A DNA stretch of 64,000 nt. Source: an uncultured bacterium (GTDB lineage: Bacteria > Krumholzibacteriota > Krumholzibacteriia > Krumholzibacteriales > Krumholzibacteriaceae). The notes beneath the pieces were generated by a model, which was not told the DNA's origin, ran no database searches, and was given only the letters and a program-made list of their open reading frames with translations. The number at the start of each line of letters is the position of its first letter. Positions within the stretch are counted from its first letter, which is position 1. The stretch covers positions 32,001 to 96,000 of the forward strand of contig CAWBAN010000005.1 in assembly GCA_963786935.1 (NCBI GenBank), written 5' to 3'. The position numbers were made by a program, and so were the translations under genes. This document shows, piece by piece, positions 40,377 to 48,387 of this stretch.

Positions 40377-41029
40377 GCTGGTGCCTTTCCTTCGTGACGA
40401 ATGCCCCGAATGAACAGATCGAGAAAATGCTCGACGTAATCGTCCGGCTCAAACGATGCGAACGAGTACGACTTCGACACGGCGCGGTTGAGAATCGCGC
40501 GCAGAGAATAGATGTACTGGCTGATGCAGAGATCCGTCCTGAGGTTGGGCCGAAGCGAGCCGTCCGCGATGCCGAGCTCGAAGACGGCTCTCAACCCGTC
40601 CGCCAGCGCTTCGTTGACGGCCTCGAACGAGGCGAACGTCTCCTTGCCGACCCGTTTGCGATCCACTCCCCTGAAATCCCAGTAGAGCTGCAGGCGCAGC
40701 GAATGCGGATTCTCCTTCGCGTGCGCGTAGAACGATCGGCCCCACGCGGCGACCTTGTCGAGCCCCGTGCCCCCGCGTTCGATCGCCGTCCGCTGCGCGT
40801 TCCATCGCGCTTCGAGGTCTTCAGTGAAGATCCGCATCAGGATCTCGTCGCGGCTCGTGAAGTAGGCGTACATGGTGCGCCGGGTGTATCCGGCGGCCGC
40901 GGCGATAGCGTCCATGGTGATCTCTTCGACATCCCCCGAGGCGATCAGGCGGCGCGCGGCGTCGAGGATGAACCGGCGGCGGGTGTCCATCTCGGTCAGG
41001 CGGCGGGATCTATTGACTGTCCGTTTCAT
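40373..41029 (-). CDS. TetR/AcrR family transcriptional regulator
   Basis: ILDAARRLI...ITMDAIAAAAGYTRRTMYAYFTSRDEI; RBS AAGGAG. Confidence 0.93.
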   Translation of the reverse strand: MKRTVNRSRRLTEMDTRRRFILDAARRLIASGDVEEITMDAIAAAAGYTRRTMYAYFTSRDEILMRIFTEDLEARWNAQRTAIERGGTGLDKVAAWGRSFYAHAKENPHSLRLQLYWDFRGVDRKRVGKETFASFEAVNEALADGLRAVFELGIADGSLRPNLRTDLCISQYIYSLRAILNRAVSKSYSFASFEPDDYVEHFLDLFIRGIRHEGKAPA

Positions 41030-41030
41030 G

Positions 41031-41049
41031 ATTACACTCCTTGTGTAAT
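41031..41049. promoter_or_regulatory. Probable TetR operator
   Basis: ATTACAC-N5-GTGTAAT perfect inverted repeat over the tetR RBS; extra half-site GTGTAAT at 41064-41070. Confidence 0.65.
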
Positions 41050-41187
41050 ATGTTTCCTTATACGTGTAATTCATGTGAAAGTTCCGGCCCATCCCGGTCT
41101 ATCTGCGGTTCCGGGCGGGATTGGGATGCGGACCCGCGCCGGAGCGCCGTGATGATGATCGTAGGGGAGGAGCAGAGGATTATTCGC

Positions 41188-41224
41188 TTGACATTTGTTG
41201 AATATTGTATATTGTATACAATAT
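41188..41224 (+). promoter_or_regulatory. sigma70 promoter with overlapping GntR-type operator
   Basis: TTGACA-N16-TATTGT; perfect 16-bp palindrome ATATTGTATACAATAT at 41209-41224. Confidence 0.75.
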
Positions 41225-41879
41225 GAAAACAATAGAACGGGTTCCCATACGCGACCAAATCTACCACCAACTCATTGATTTAATTATCAAAGGGCGATTC
41301 GCCGCGGGCGCGCGCATCAAAGACACCGACCTCGCGTCGCAGCTCGGCATCAGCCGCACCCCCGTGAGGGAGACGCTCCTTCGTCTCGAACGGGAAGGAT
41401 TCCTGCGCAACGCGCCCGGGAGGGGCTTCACCGTGAGCCCCCTCGACCTCCGGGAGATACAGGAGGCATATCCGATCCTCTCGATTCTCGAGGCGACGGG
41501 AATCGAGACGTACGGAGCTCCTTCGCCGGCCGAGCTCGATGAGCTGATACGTCTGAATCGGCGCATGGCGGCCCCCGGGACGGATCCCGCCCGGCTGATC
41601 GAGCTCGACAACGAGTTCCACTCCCGGATGCTCGCGGGTTGCACGAACCGGCGCCTCGTGTCGATGGTCGCCGATTTGAAGCAGATAGTTCGCCGATACG
41701 AGTATGCCTACATGTCGGACCGGTCTTCCATCGGCGAGTCGGTCGACGATCATACCCGTTTGATCGATCTGCTCCGCGCAGGCGATCTGCCGGCGGTCCG
41801 CGGGGCGCTTGAGGAACATTGGAATCGTTCACTCCGGGCGGTGGTGACGAATTGGGGCGGTCATGAACGGCTTCAATGA
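41223..41879 (+). CDS. GntR family (FCD) transcriptional regulator
   Basis: LASQLGISRTPVRETLLRLEREG HTH; DNEFH and EH FCD residues. Confidence 0.93.
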   Translation: MKTIERVPIRDQIYHQLIDLIIKGRFAAGARIKDTDLASQLGISRTPVRETLLRLEREGFLRNAPGRGFTVSPLDLREIQEAYPILSILEATGIETYGAPSPAELDELIRLNRRMAAPGTDPARLIELDNEFHSRMLAGCTNRRLVSMVADLKQIVRRYEYAYMSDRSSIGESVDDHTRLIDLLRAGDLPAVRGALEEHWNRSLRAVVTNWGGHERLQ

Positions 41880-42813
41880 CATCAGGCCGCGCAATCCGTT
41901 TATCGTCATCCCATGGACCTTCGGGCTCTATCTGCTCGTCTACATGAACCAGTACGGCTACTACTGGCTCGGATCGCTCGCGACGGGCGTCTCCTTTGGA
42001 GCCTTGGCGGGAGGCGAGGTGAAGACTCCGACGACGCTGCTCTTGCGCGGCCTCATCGGCGTCACCCTCGGCGTTCCCCTCCTGCTGCTTGCCGTCAGGT
42101 TCCTCTGGCGGAGGCCGTGGAGCTGGCTGTGCATGCGCTTCCGGCCCGGATATCTCGCCGTCGGCGCGGCGCTCGGCGCGGCGGCGGTATTCGTCGCGAT
42201 CGGCTCGCTCGCGGCGCTCGGGCTCGCGCGGATCGCCGCCCGGCCCGAGCGGTTCACGCCGGTCGAGGCAGGCTCCATGCTCATCGGGAGCGGCTGCTGG
42301 GCGTTCTTCGTATCGATGCTCGAGGAAACCGTCTTCCGGGGGATGGCGACGAGGGAATTCGCGCTGCGCTCGGGGTGGCCGGCGGGCGCCGTCGGGGCCG
42401 GGCTGTACTTCGCGGCGATTCATCTGATTGCGATCGCGCCGAAGCTCACCCCGGCGCTCGCTGCCGGGATCCTCGTCGCGGGCACGGCGGCCAGCGTCCT
42501 CTTCGCCGCTCTGTTCGTTAGGAGCCGATCGCTGTGGCTGCCGATCGGCTTCCACGCGGGCTGGAATTTTGCGCTCTCGGCGATCCTCGGCACGACGATG
42601 AGCGGGAAGACGCAGGGCTTCGGCCTGTTCGAGGTGGAGCTCTCGGGTCCCGCGTTCCTCACCGGCGGCCGGTTCGGTATCGAGATGTCCGCGATTTCCG
42701 TGGCGCTGACGCTGGCGGCCGCCGCGATCGTTCTCCGTGTCCGGCGGGGGAGAGGGATGGAGCCGTTGTCGAGCGGTTCGGAATGTCGCTACGAACGAAG
42801 GGAGAAACTATGA
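41863..42813 (+). CDS. CPBP (CAAX protease/Abi) family intramembrane metalloprotease
   Basis: EETVFRG, FAAIH, H.GWN motifs; multiple TM. Confidence 0.9.
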   Translation: MNGFNDIRPRNPFIVIPWTFGLYLLVYMNQYGYYWLGSLATGVSFGALAGGEVKTPTTLLLRGLIGVTLGVPLLLLAVRFLWRRPWSWLCMRFRPGYLAVGAALGAAAVFVAIGSLAALGLARIAARPERFTPVEAGSMLIGSGCWAFFVSMLEETVFRGMATREFALRSGWPAGAVGAGLYFAAIHLIAIAPKLTPALAAGILVAGTAASVLFAALFVRSRSLWLPIGFHAGWNFALSAILGTTMSGKTQGFGLFEVELSGPAFLTGGRFGIEMSAISVALTLAAAAIVLRVRRGRGMEPLSSGSECRYERREKL

Positions 42814-43250
42814 GAATGCTCACCGTCGGCGCGCTCTTTATGGTCATCGCCTGCGCGGCTTCCGCGAGCTGCGCGTCTCGGGCGGCCGCCTCCGATCCGG
42901 CCGCGGCCGGTCGAGACGCCGTTTCATCGCTCCAGAAGCTCGATTCGGTGGAAATGCCGGCGTGGAGCCTCCATTTCGGGATCTGCCGCTATCCGGGACT
43001 CAACGATTTGCAGAAGGCGAAGGAGAAGATTCGGCGGCTGCAGAGGGATATCGAGAGACGGGAGCGTTCGATAGCGGCAAAGCGCGCCGAAATGGAACGG
43101 ATACTGGCCGACAACGCCGAAAGCCGCGAAGAGAGCCTGTTCCTGCTCGGCCTCTACGGCCGGAGCACGTGCGTGAAGGACTTCGCTCTGATCTGCGACG
43201 AGAAGAGCATCCTGTGGGGCGCCGTCAAATGGGGCAAGCGCCGCCCATAG
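42810..43250 (+). CDS. Hypothetical exported coiled-coil protein
   Basis: RBS GGAG, ATGA overlap with the CPBP gene, signal-peptide-like N-terminus. Confidence 0.6.
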   Translation: MRMLTVGALFMVIACAASASCASRAAASDPAAAGRDAVSSLQKLDSVEMPAWSLHFGICRYPGLNDLQKAKEKIRRLQRDIERRERSIAAKRAEMERILADNAESREESLFLLGLYGRSTCVKDFALICDEKSILWGAVKWGKRRP

Positions 43251-43398
43251 CCCCGGTGCTGCGTTCCGTTCGAACATCCCTGCGCGGCTGCGCATCCTCG
43301 CCGATCATCAGTTGCGCCGATACGGGGAAAGCATTACTATCTGCTTCGCCATGACAATCGAGGAATCTTTCTCGCGTGCGCGTATCGCGCGCTGAGGC

Positions 43399-43743
43399 AT
43401 GATGTACGAACATCGAAGCGAACCATTGCTGCCGCGGGCGCTCTTTCTGCGCCGGCTCTTGAGGCACGGCCTCGTCGCCGCCGTCGTGATCGTCTGCTCG
43501 CTCGCCGTCGGCATACTCGGCTATCGCTTCACGGCGGGGCTTTCGTGGATCGATTCCCTGCTCAACGCCTCGATGATCCTCGGCGGGATGGGACCGGTGA
43601 ATCCCCTGACCACGGCCGCGGCCAAGCTGTTCGCGTCGTTCTACGCGCTCTTCGCGGGGATCGCGTTCCTCGCGACCGTCGGAATCTTCAGCGCGCCCAT
43701 CGCGCACCGGATCCTCCATCGACTGCACCTGGAGAAAGGGTAG
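43399..43743 (+). CDS. Small two-TM membrane protein, ion-channel pore-like
   Basis: TM - WIDSLLNASMILGGMGP - TM (KLFASFYAL) layout. Confidence 0.65.
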   Translation: MMYEHRSEPLLPRALFLRRLLRHGLVAAVVIVCSLAVGILGYRFTAGLSWIDSLLNASMILGGMGPVNPLTTAAAKLFASFYALFAGIAFLATVGIFSAPIAHRILHRLHLEKG

Positions 43744-43755
43744 CGTGACGGCGCC

Positions 43756-44454
43756 GTGACGATGACGATCAGGGAGAATCTCGATCGCGTCCGCGAACGC
43801 ATCGCCGCCACCGCCGCCCGCGCCGGGCGCGACCCGGCCGCGATCGCGATCGTCGCCGTCACGAAGACGCACGGCCCCGATGTCGTCACAGCGGCGATCG
43901 AGGCCGGCATCGCCGACGTCGGCGAGAACAAGGTGCAGGAGTTCCTCGCGAAGGCTCCCGACGTGAAGCTCCCGTGCCGCTGGCATCTCGTGGGGCATCT
44001 CCAGACGAACAAGGTCGCCAAGGTTATCGGACGGTTCGCGCTCATTCAGTCGGTGGACTCGGCGCGCCTCGCCGAGCACCTGAGCGCCGCGGGCGCGCGC
44101 GCCGGCGTCGCGACCGACGTCCTCCTCGAGGTGAACACGAGCGGGGAGGAGTCGAAGTTCGGGCTCGCGCCCGATGAAACGTCGAGCATCTGTGCGGAAA
44201 TCGCCACGCTCCCGAATCTCAATATCCGCGGGCTCATGACGGTGGGCCCGCTCGTGGACGACGCAGCCGCGGTCGGCGCCGCCTTCATGAGGCTCCGGCG
44301 TCTCAAGGAGGAGATCGAGGCCGCTCGCATCGGAAACGTTTCGATGGAGCATCTCTCCATGGGCATGACGGACGACTTCGAGATCGCGATAGCGGAGGGC
44401 TCGACGATGGTCCGGCTCGGGCGCGTGCTCTTCGGCGGACGCGCGGCCGGGTGA
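43756..44454 (+). CDS. yggS: PLP homeostasis protein YggS/YlmE
   Basis: VAVTKT, GENKVQE, WHLVGHLQTNK, LSMGMTDDF..AI.EGST.VR.G. Confidence 0.95.
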   Translation: MTMTIRENLDRVRERIAATAARAGRDPAAIAIVAVTKTHGPDVVTAAIEAGIADVGENKVQEFLAKAPDVKLPCRWHLVGHLQTNKVAKVIGRFALIQSVDSARLAEHLSAAGARAGVATDVLLEVNTSGEESKFGLAPDETSSICAEIATLPNLNIRGLMTVGPLVDDAAAVGAAFMRLRRLKEEIEAARIGNVSMEHLSMGMTDDFEIAIAEGSTMVRLGRVLFGGRAAG

Positions 44455-44537
44455 CAGGAAAACGGACACCGCGCGGGGGCGGTCCGTCCGGCGGCCGGCG
44501 CCGGCCGCGAATATAATGTATTGAAAAGGCGTGAATT

Positions 44538-44795
44538 ATGGGCTATTTTGTGGGTGACGGAGTTGGTCTTATAATTGCTTCTCTCAACACGGCGACATTC
44601 ATTACGCTCGTGTACGTGTTCTTGAAGGCGGTCGAGCCACGAAGCCGATTGTTCCACGCGCTCGAAAAAATCTACGGGCCGCTCCTCGCTCCCCTGAGAA
44701 GGATCCTGCCCGCGTGGAGCCTCGACGTCGCTGCATTGATATTCGCCGCCATTCTGCAGGCAGCAGCGTTCGGAATTAAACAGTACCGGCTGTAA
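44538..44795 (+). CDS. yggT: YggT/YlmG family membrane protein
   Basis: PLLAPLRRILP...LD motif and position between yggS and divIVA. Confidence 0.75.
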   Translation: MGYFVGDGVGLIIASLNTATFITLVYVFLKAVEPRSRLFHALEKIYGPLLAPLRRILPAWSLDVAALIFAAILQAAAFGIKQYRL

Positions 44796-44816
44796 CCGGT
44801 TCCAGGAGGCAGTTCG

Positions 44817-46073
44817 ATGAGAGTCACGCCGCTCGATATCAGGAAGCAGGAATTCAAGAAGGGCATGCGCGGTCTCGACGCCGAAGAGGTGTACGCGTTC
44901 CTCAACACGATCGCCGACGAATACGAGGCCGTGCTCTCCGATAACAAGAATCTGCGCGAGCGACTCGTCGCTCTCGAGGAGCGCCTCAACGAGTTCAAGT
45001 CGATCGAGACGAATCTGCGGAACACGCTCCTCACCGCGGAGAGGCTCACGGCCGAGGCGAAGGAGAACGCGCGCCGCGAGGCGAGCCTCCTCATCCGCGA
45101 GGCCGAGGTGGAGGCGGAGAAGTCGGCGGAGATGATCCGCGCCCATGTGAGCCAGCTCCGCCGCGAGGTCCTCGAGCTCAAGAAAAACAAGGATAACTAC
45201 ATGACGCGTCTCAAGACGCTTCTCGACAGCCACCGGAAGATGCTCGACGGGTTCCAGGAGGATTTCGCGCCGGTCGATCAGGAGATCGAGAAGATCGGCC
45301 AGCAGGTCGAGAACGACGCGAAGAAACCGAGCGGCCCTCCGCGCATGAACCGCGACAAGATCACCGAGGAGTTCGGCCAGGCGCCGAAGGACAAGGTCAC
45401 GTGGGGAGAGGAGCGCAGGCGCGAGGACGAGCCGCGGCCGCAGATGCCGAGGCCCGGATTCGAGCCGCGCGAGAATCCCCATCAGAAGGCGAAGCCTCCC
45501 GAAGATCTGAGCGTATTCGCCGAGCCGGCGTCGAGGCCTGCCCAGCAGTCGTTCATCGAGCCTCTCGGAGCGACGATCGCCGAGCCCGCGGCCGGCCCCG
45601 CGCAGCGGGTGCAGACCGCTCCGCCGCCGCAGGCGCAGAGCGAGCCTCCGAGAACGCAGGACGGCTGGAGGCAGTACGAAGTGCGCGAGCAGCCGACCGA
45701 CTGGAAGAGCTACGAGATCCAGGGACAGCGCCCGCCGCAGAATCAGCAGGCCGGGCCGCAAGCGCCCGCGCAGAGGCCGGCGCAGCAGCAGCCCCCGCAG
45801 CCGGCGGCGGCCCTCCGGGTCGATGATGTCGATTTCGAGAACGCGCTCTCGAGCTTGAAAGAGGTCGCGGGCGTCACCGAAAGCGCTCCTCCGCGCAGGG
45901 ATGCCGCGCCGATGCCGCCCCAATCGTCGCCCCAGGCGCCGGCGCCCCCGGCGGCCCCCCCGCAGGCGAGCGCGAATATGAACGGGAACATGAATGCCGA
46001 AGCGGCATGGTCGATGGAGGATCTCCGGAAGAACCTGACCAACTTCACGAAGAATGAAGGAAATCAAGGATAG
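44817..46073 (+). CDS. divIVA: DivIVA domain protein with long Pro/Gln-rich C-terminal extension
   Basis: MRVTPLDIRKQEFKKGMRGLDAEEVYAFL plus coiled coil; RBS AGGAGG. Confidence 0.9.
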   Translation: MRVTPLDIRKQEFKKGMRGLDAEEVYAFLNTIADEYEAVLSDNKNLRERLVALEERLNEFKSIETNLRNTLLTAERLTAEAKENARREASLLIREAEVEAEKSAEMIRAHVSQLRREVLELKKNKDNYMTRLKTLLDSHRKMLDGFQEDFAPVDQEIEKIGQQVENDAKKPSGPPRMNRDKITEEFGQAPKDKVTWGEERRREDEPRPQMPRPGFEPRENPHQKAKPPEDLSVFAEPASRPAQQSFIEPLGATIAEPAAGPAQRVQTAPPPQAQSEPPRTQDGWRQYEVREQPTDWKSYEIQGQRPPQNQQAGPQAPAQRPAQQQPPQPAAALRVDDVDFENALSSLKEVAGVTESAPPRRDAAPMPPQSSPQAPAPPAAPPQASANMNGNMNAEAAWSMEDLRKNLTNFTKNEGNQG

Positions 46074-46350
46074 CGGCGCCGGGCGCATCCGGTTCCGCGT
46101 CAGGGTGCAACCATCAGCCCCTCGCAGCGAGCTCCTCGGCTGGAACGCAGCCGGGGAGCTTCGTATTAAAGTGGCCGCCCCTCCGCGCGAAGGCGAGGCG
46201 AACGGGGAGCTCGTTCGATTTCTCGCGAAGCGTTTCTCGCTCCCGCGGCGCGAGATCGTCGTGGAGTCGGGGGAAAAATCGAGGACGAAGACGCTCTCCG
46301 CGCCCGCCGCGCTCGCGGCCGAGCTTCGAGAAATTCCCGACATCGGCTAG
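46054..46350 (+). CDS. DUF167/YggU family protein
   Basis: VRVQP.A, IKVAAPP.EGEAN.EL..FLA, SGEKSR.K. Confidence 0.9.
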   Translation: MKEIKDSGAGRIRFRVRVQPSAPRSELLGWNAAGELRIKVAAPPREGEANGELVRFLAKRFSLPRREIVVESGEKSRTKTLSAPAALAAELREIPDIG

Positions 46351-46553
46351 ATTGCAGGGGCCGGGGCGTATCGGATCCGGGGGGATCGCGGCGCCGCGGT
46401 CTATGTGCCATGCCTCTCGAGGAGCTTCGCGAGGCGCTGCTCGTAGCGGGGATTCAGGAGCCGCCGCTCCGGGCCGCCCGAAACGCCGGGGAGCGGATCT
46501 CTTTGGTGTTGATTCCCTCGTGCCGGCTAGGCTACCCTGTCGATTGTCGCGTC

Positions 46554-47393
46554 ATGAAAGGGGTTTCCGTGGCTGCGTTGTTCGATCGAATCAAGGAAAG
46601 CGCCTCGTATATCAGGCGCGTCGACGGAACGAAGCCGTCGTTCGGGATCATCCTCGGAAGCGGGCTCGGCGGTCTCGCGAAGAAGATCAAGGTCAAGGCC
46701 GCCGTTCCCTACGAAGACATCCCAAATTTCCCCGTCTCGACGGTGAAGGGGCTCCATGCGGGGAATCTCATCCTCGGGGAGCTTGCGGGGAAGCACGTCG
46801 TCGCGATGGAGGGGCGTGTCCACTACTACGAGGGGTACACCCTCGAGCAGGTCACGTTTCCCATCCGCGTCATGAAGGCGCTCGGCGCCCGCTCGCTCAT
46901 CATCACCTCGGCGGTCGGCGCGATGAACCCGCTGCTCGATCCGGGGGACGTCGTCGCGGTGACCGACCACATCAATCTCATGGGGGACAACCCGCTCATC
47001 GGTCCGAACGACGAGCGCCTCGGGCCCCGGTTCCCCGACATGAGCGAGCCGTACTGCCGCGCCTATATCGAGCTCCTCGAGAGCGTCGCGCTCGACGTGA
47101 AGGTCGCGCTCAGGCGCGGCGTGCTCGTCGCCCTCGCCGGCCCGAACCTCGAGACGGCCGCCGAGTATCGCTTCCTCCGCCGCATCGGCGCCGACGTCGT
47201 CGGGATGTCGATGGTGCCCGAGACGATCGTCGCGGTGCACGGCGGCATGAAGGCGCTCGGGATCGCGGTCGTCACGGACAAGGCGACGCCCGACTGCCTC
47301 GAGCCGGTGAACATCGCGCAGATCCTCGCGACGGCGAAGCGGGGGGAGGCCAAGCTCACGAAGCTCGTGGGAGAGTTCCTGCGGCGGATTTGA
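46554..47393 (+). CDS. punA: Purine-nucleoside phosphorylase (trimeric type)
   Basis: IILGSGLG, GRVHYYEG, DHINL.G.NPL.GPN, GPNLETAAE, GAD.VGMS; start may be GTG 46569. Confidence 0.93.
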   Translation: MKGVSVAALFDRIKESASYIRRVDGTKPSFGIILGSGLGGLAKKIKVKAAVPYEDIPNFPVSTVKGLHAGNLILGELAGKHVVAMEGRVHYYEGYTLEQVTFPIRVMKALGARSLIITSAVGAMNPLLDPGDVVAVTDHINLMGDNPLIGPNDERLGPRFPDMSEPYCRAYIELLESVALDVKVALRRGVLVALAGPNLETAAEYRFLRRIGADVVGMSMVPETIVAVHGGMKALGIAVVTDKATPDCLEPVNIAQILATAKRGEAKLTKLVGEFLRRI

Positions 47394-47428
47394 TGCGGGG
47401 AACGCGGCCGCGCCCGCGATGATCGGGC

Positions 47429-47468
47429 AAAAAAAGGGCGCCGGAGAATCTCTTCCCCGGCGCCCTTT
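47429..47468 (-). terminator. Intrinsic, possibly bidirectional, terminator between punA and the RRM gene
   Basis: AAAGGGCGCCGG / CCGGCGCCCTTT stem with a T7 run on the minus strand. Confidence 0.8.
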
Positions 47469-47498
47469 GCTGTCATCGAGCCTCAGCTCGGGCTGCGA

Positions 47499-47795
47499 CT
47501 AGTAGCGTTCCCCGCCGCCGAAGCCGCCCGGTCTCCTCGGCTTGTCCTCGCGGGACGTGGCCTCGCTGATCTTGAGGGCGCGGCCGTCGACGTTCTTGCC
47601 GTTGAGCTCGGCGATCGCCTTATCGGCCTCCGCCACGTTCTCCATCTCGACGAAACCGAAACCCCTCGAGCGGTCCGTGTACTTGTCCTTGATGACGCTC
47701 GCGGAATTGACGGTGCCGAAGGGCGTGAAGATCTTGTTCAACTGTTCGTCGTTCGTATCGAATGACAGGTTGCCTACGTAAATTTTCTTAGCCAT
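47499..47795 (-). CDS. RRM RNA-binding protein (second paralog)
   Basis: KIYVGNLSF, RGFGFVEM, Gly-rich tail. Confidence 0.95.
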   Translation of the reverse strand: MAKKIYVGNLSFDTNDEQLNKIFTPFGTVNSASVIKDKYTDRSRGFGFVEMENVAEADKAIAELNGKNVDGRALKISEATSREDKPRRPGGFGGGERY

Positions 47796-48096
47796 TGTCT
47801 TAAAATCCTTTCACTGACTGATAACTGACATTGTGAATTGAGCTGCTGTCCCGTGATTCCTTAAATCAAATGAGCTTCACCTCTCCCGTATCCGAAATTC
47901 CCATTGTTCTTTCCCGATGGCGCTCGACGCGGCTCACCCGGAAGACGTACCACAAGATCTCTGTCGATTGGAACTTGTCCCTGGATTAATAAGGTAGGAT
48001 TGTACCGTATTGATGGGGGCCTGACATCGAGGCGATCTTGGATTCCAAACTGCTCTGTGCTATCGAATGCTCCTTCAGCAAATGTATCACTGGCGC

Positions 48097-48125
48097 AATA
48101 TATCACGATCCTTTGCATAAAGCGA
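48097..48125 (-). promoter_or_regulatory. Putative promoter of the second RRM gene
   Basis: Minus strand TCGCTT-N17-TATATT with TGn extension. Confidence 0.45.
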
Positions 48126-48224
48126 GCACAATTTCACTTTTTTCAATAATTCATTGCGGCGGCCCGCTTCCGGCGGCAGCTCGAGGAACGCCCCGCGACG
48201 TCATTGGCGCGTGAGAGAGCACTA

Positions 48225-48253
48225 TTGACAGAGAGCGCCGTTTTCTATATAAG
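48225..48253 (+). promoter_or_regulatory. Putative sigma70 promoter of ileS
   Basis: TTGACA-N17-TATAAG. Confidence 0.6.
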
Positions 48254-48387
48254 GTAGTGTTCAAGCTTGGCAGGCGATTAACCCCGCGCGTACCAGAGAG
48301 CATGGCACGGGGTTATCGTGTTATATGCCCGCCAGCGTGCGGGCGGCGTCCCGAGCCCGGCATCGATGCCGGGCTGAAGGCTCGACA

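Noticed and set aside
47861..48149. 85-aa and 81-aa ORFs in the AT-rich intergenic region
   Set aside because: Atypical codon usage, no clear RBS, overlap predicted promoter and leader
48303..48318. TGGCACG as a sigma54 -24 box or T-box
   Set aside because: No TTGC at the -12 position and no T-box consensus
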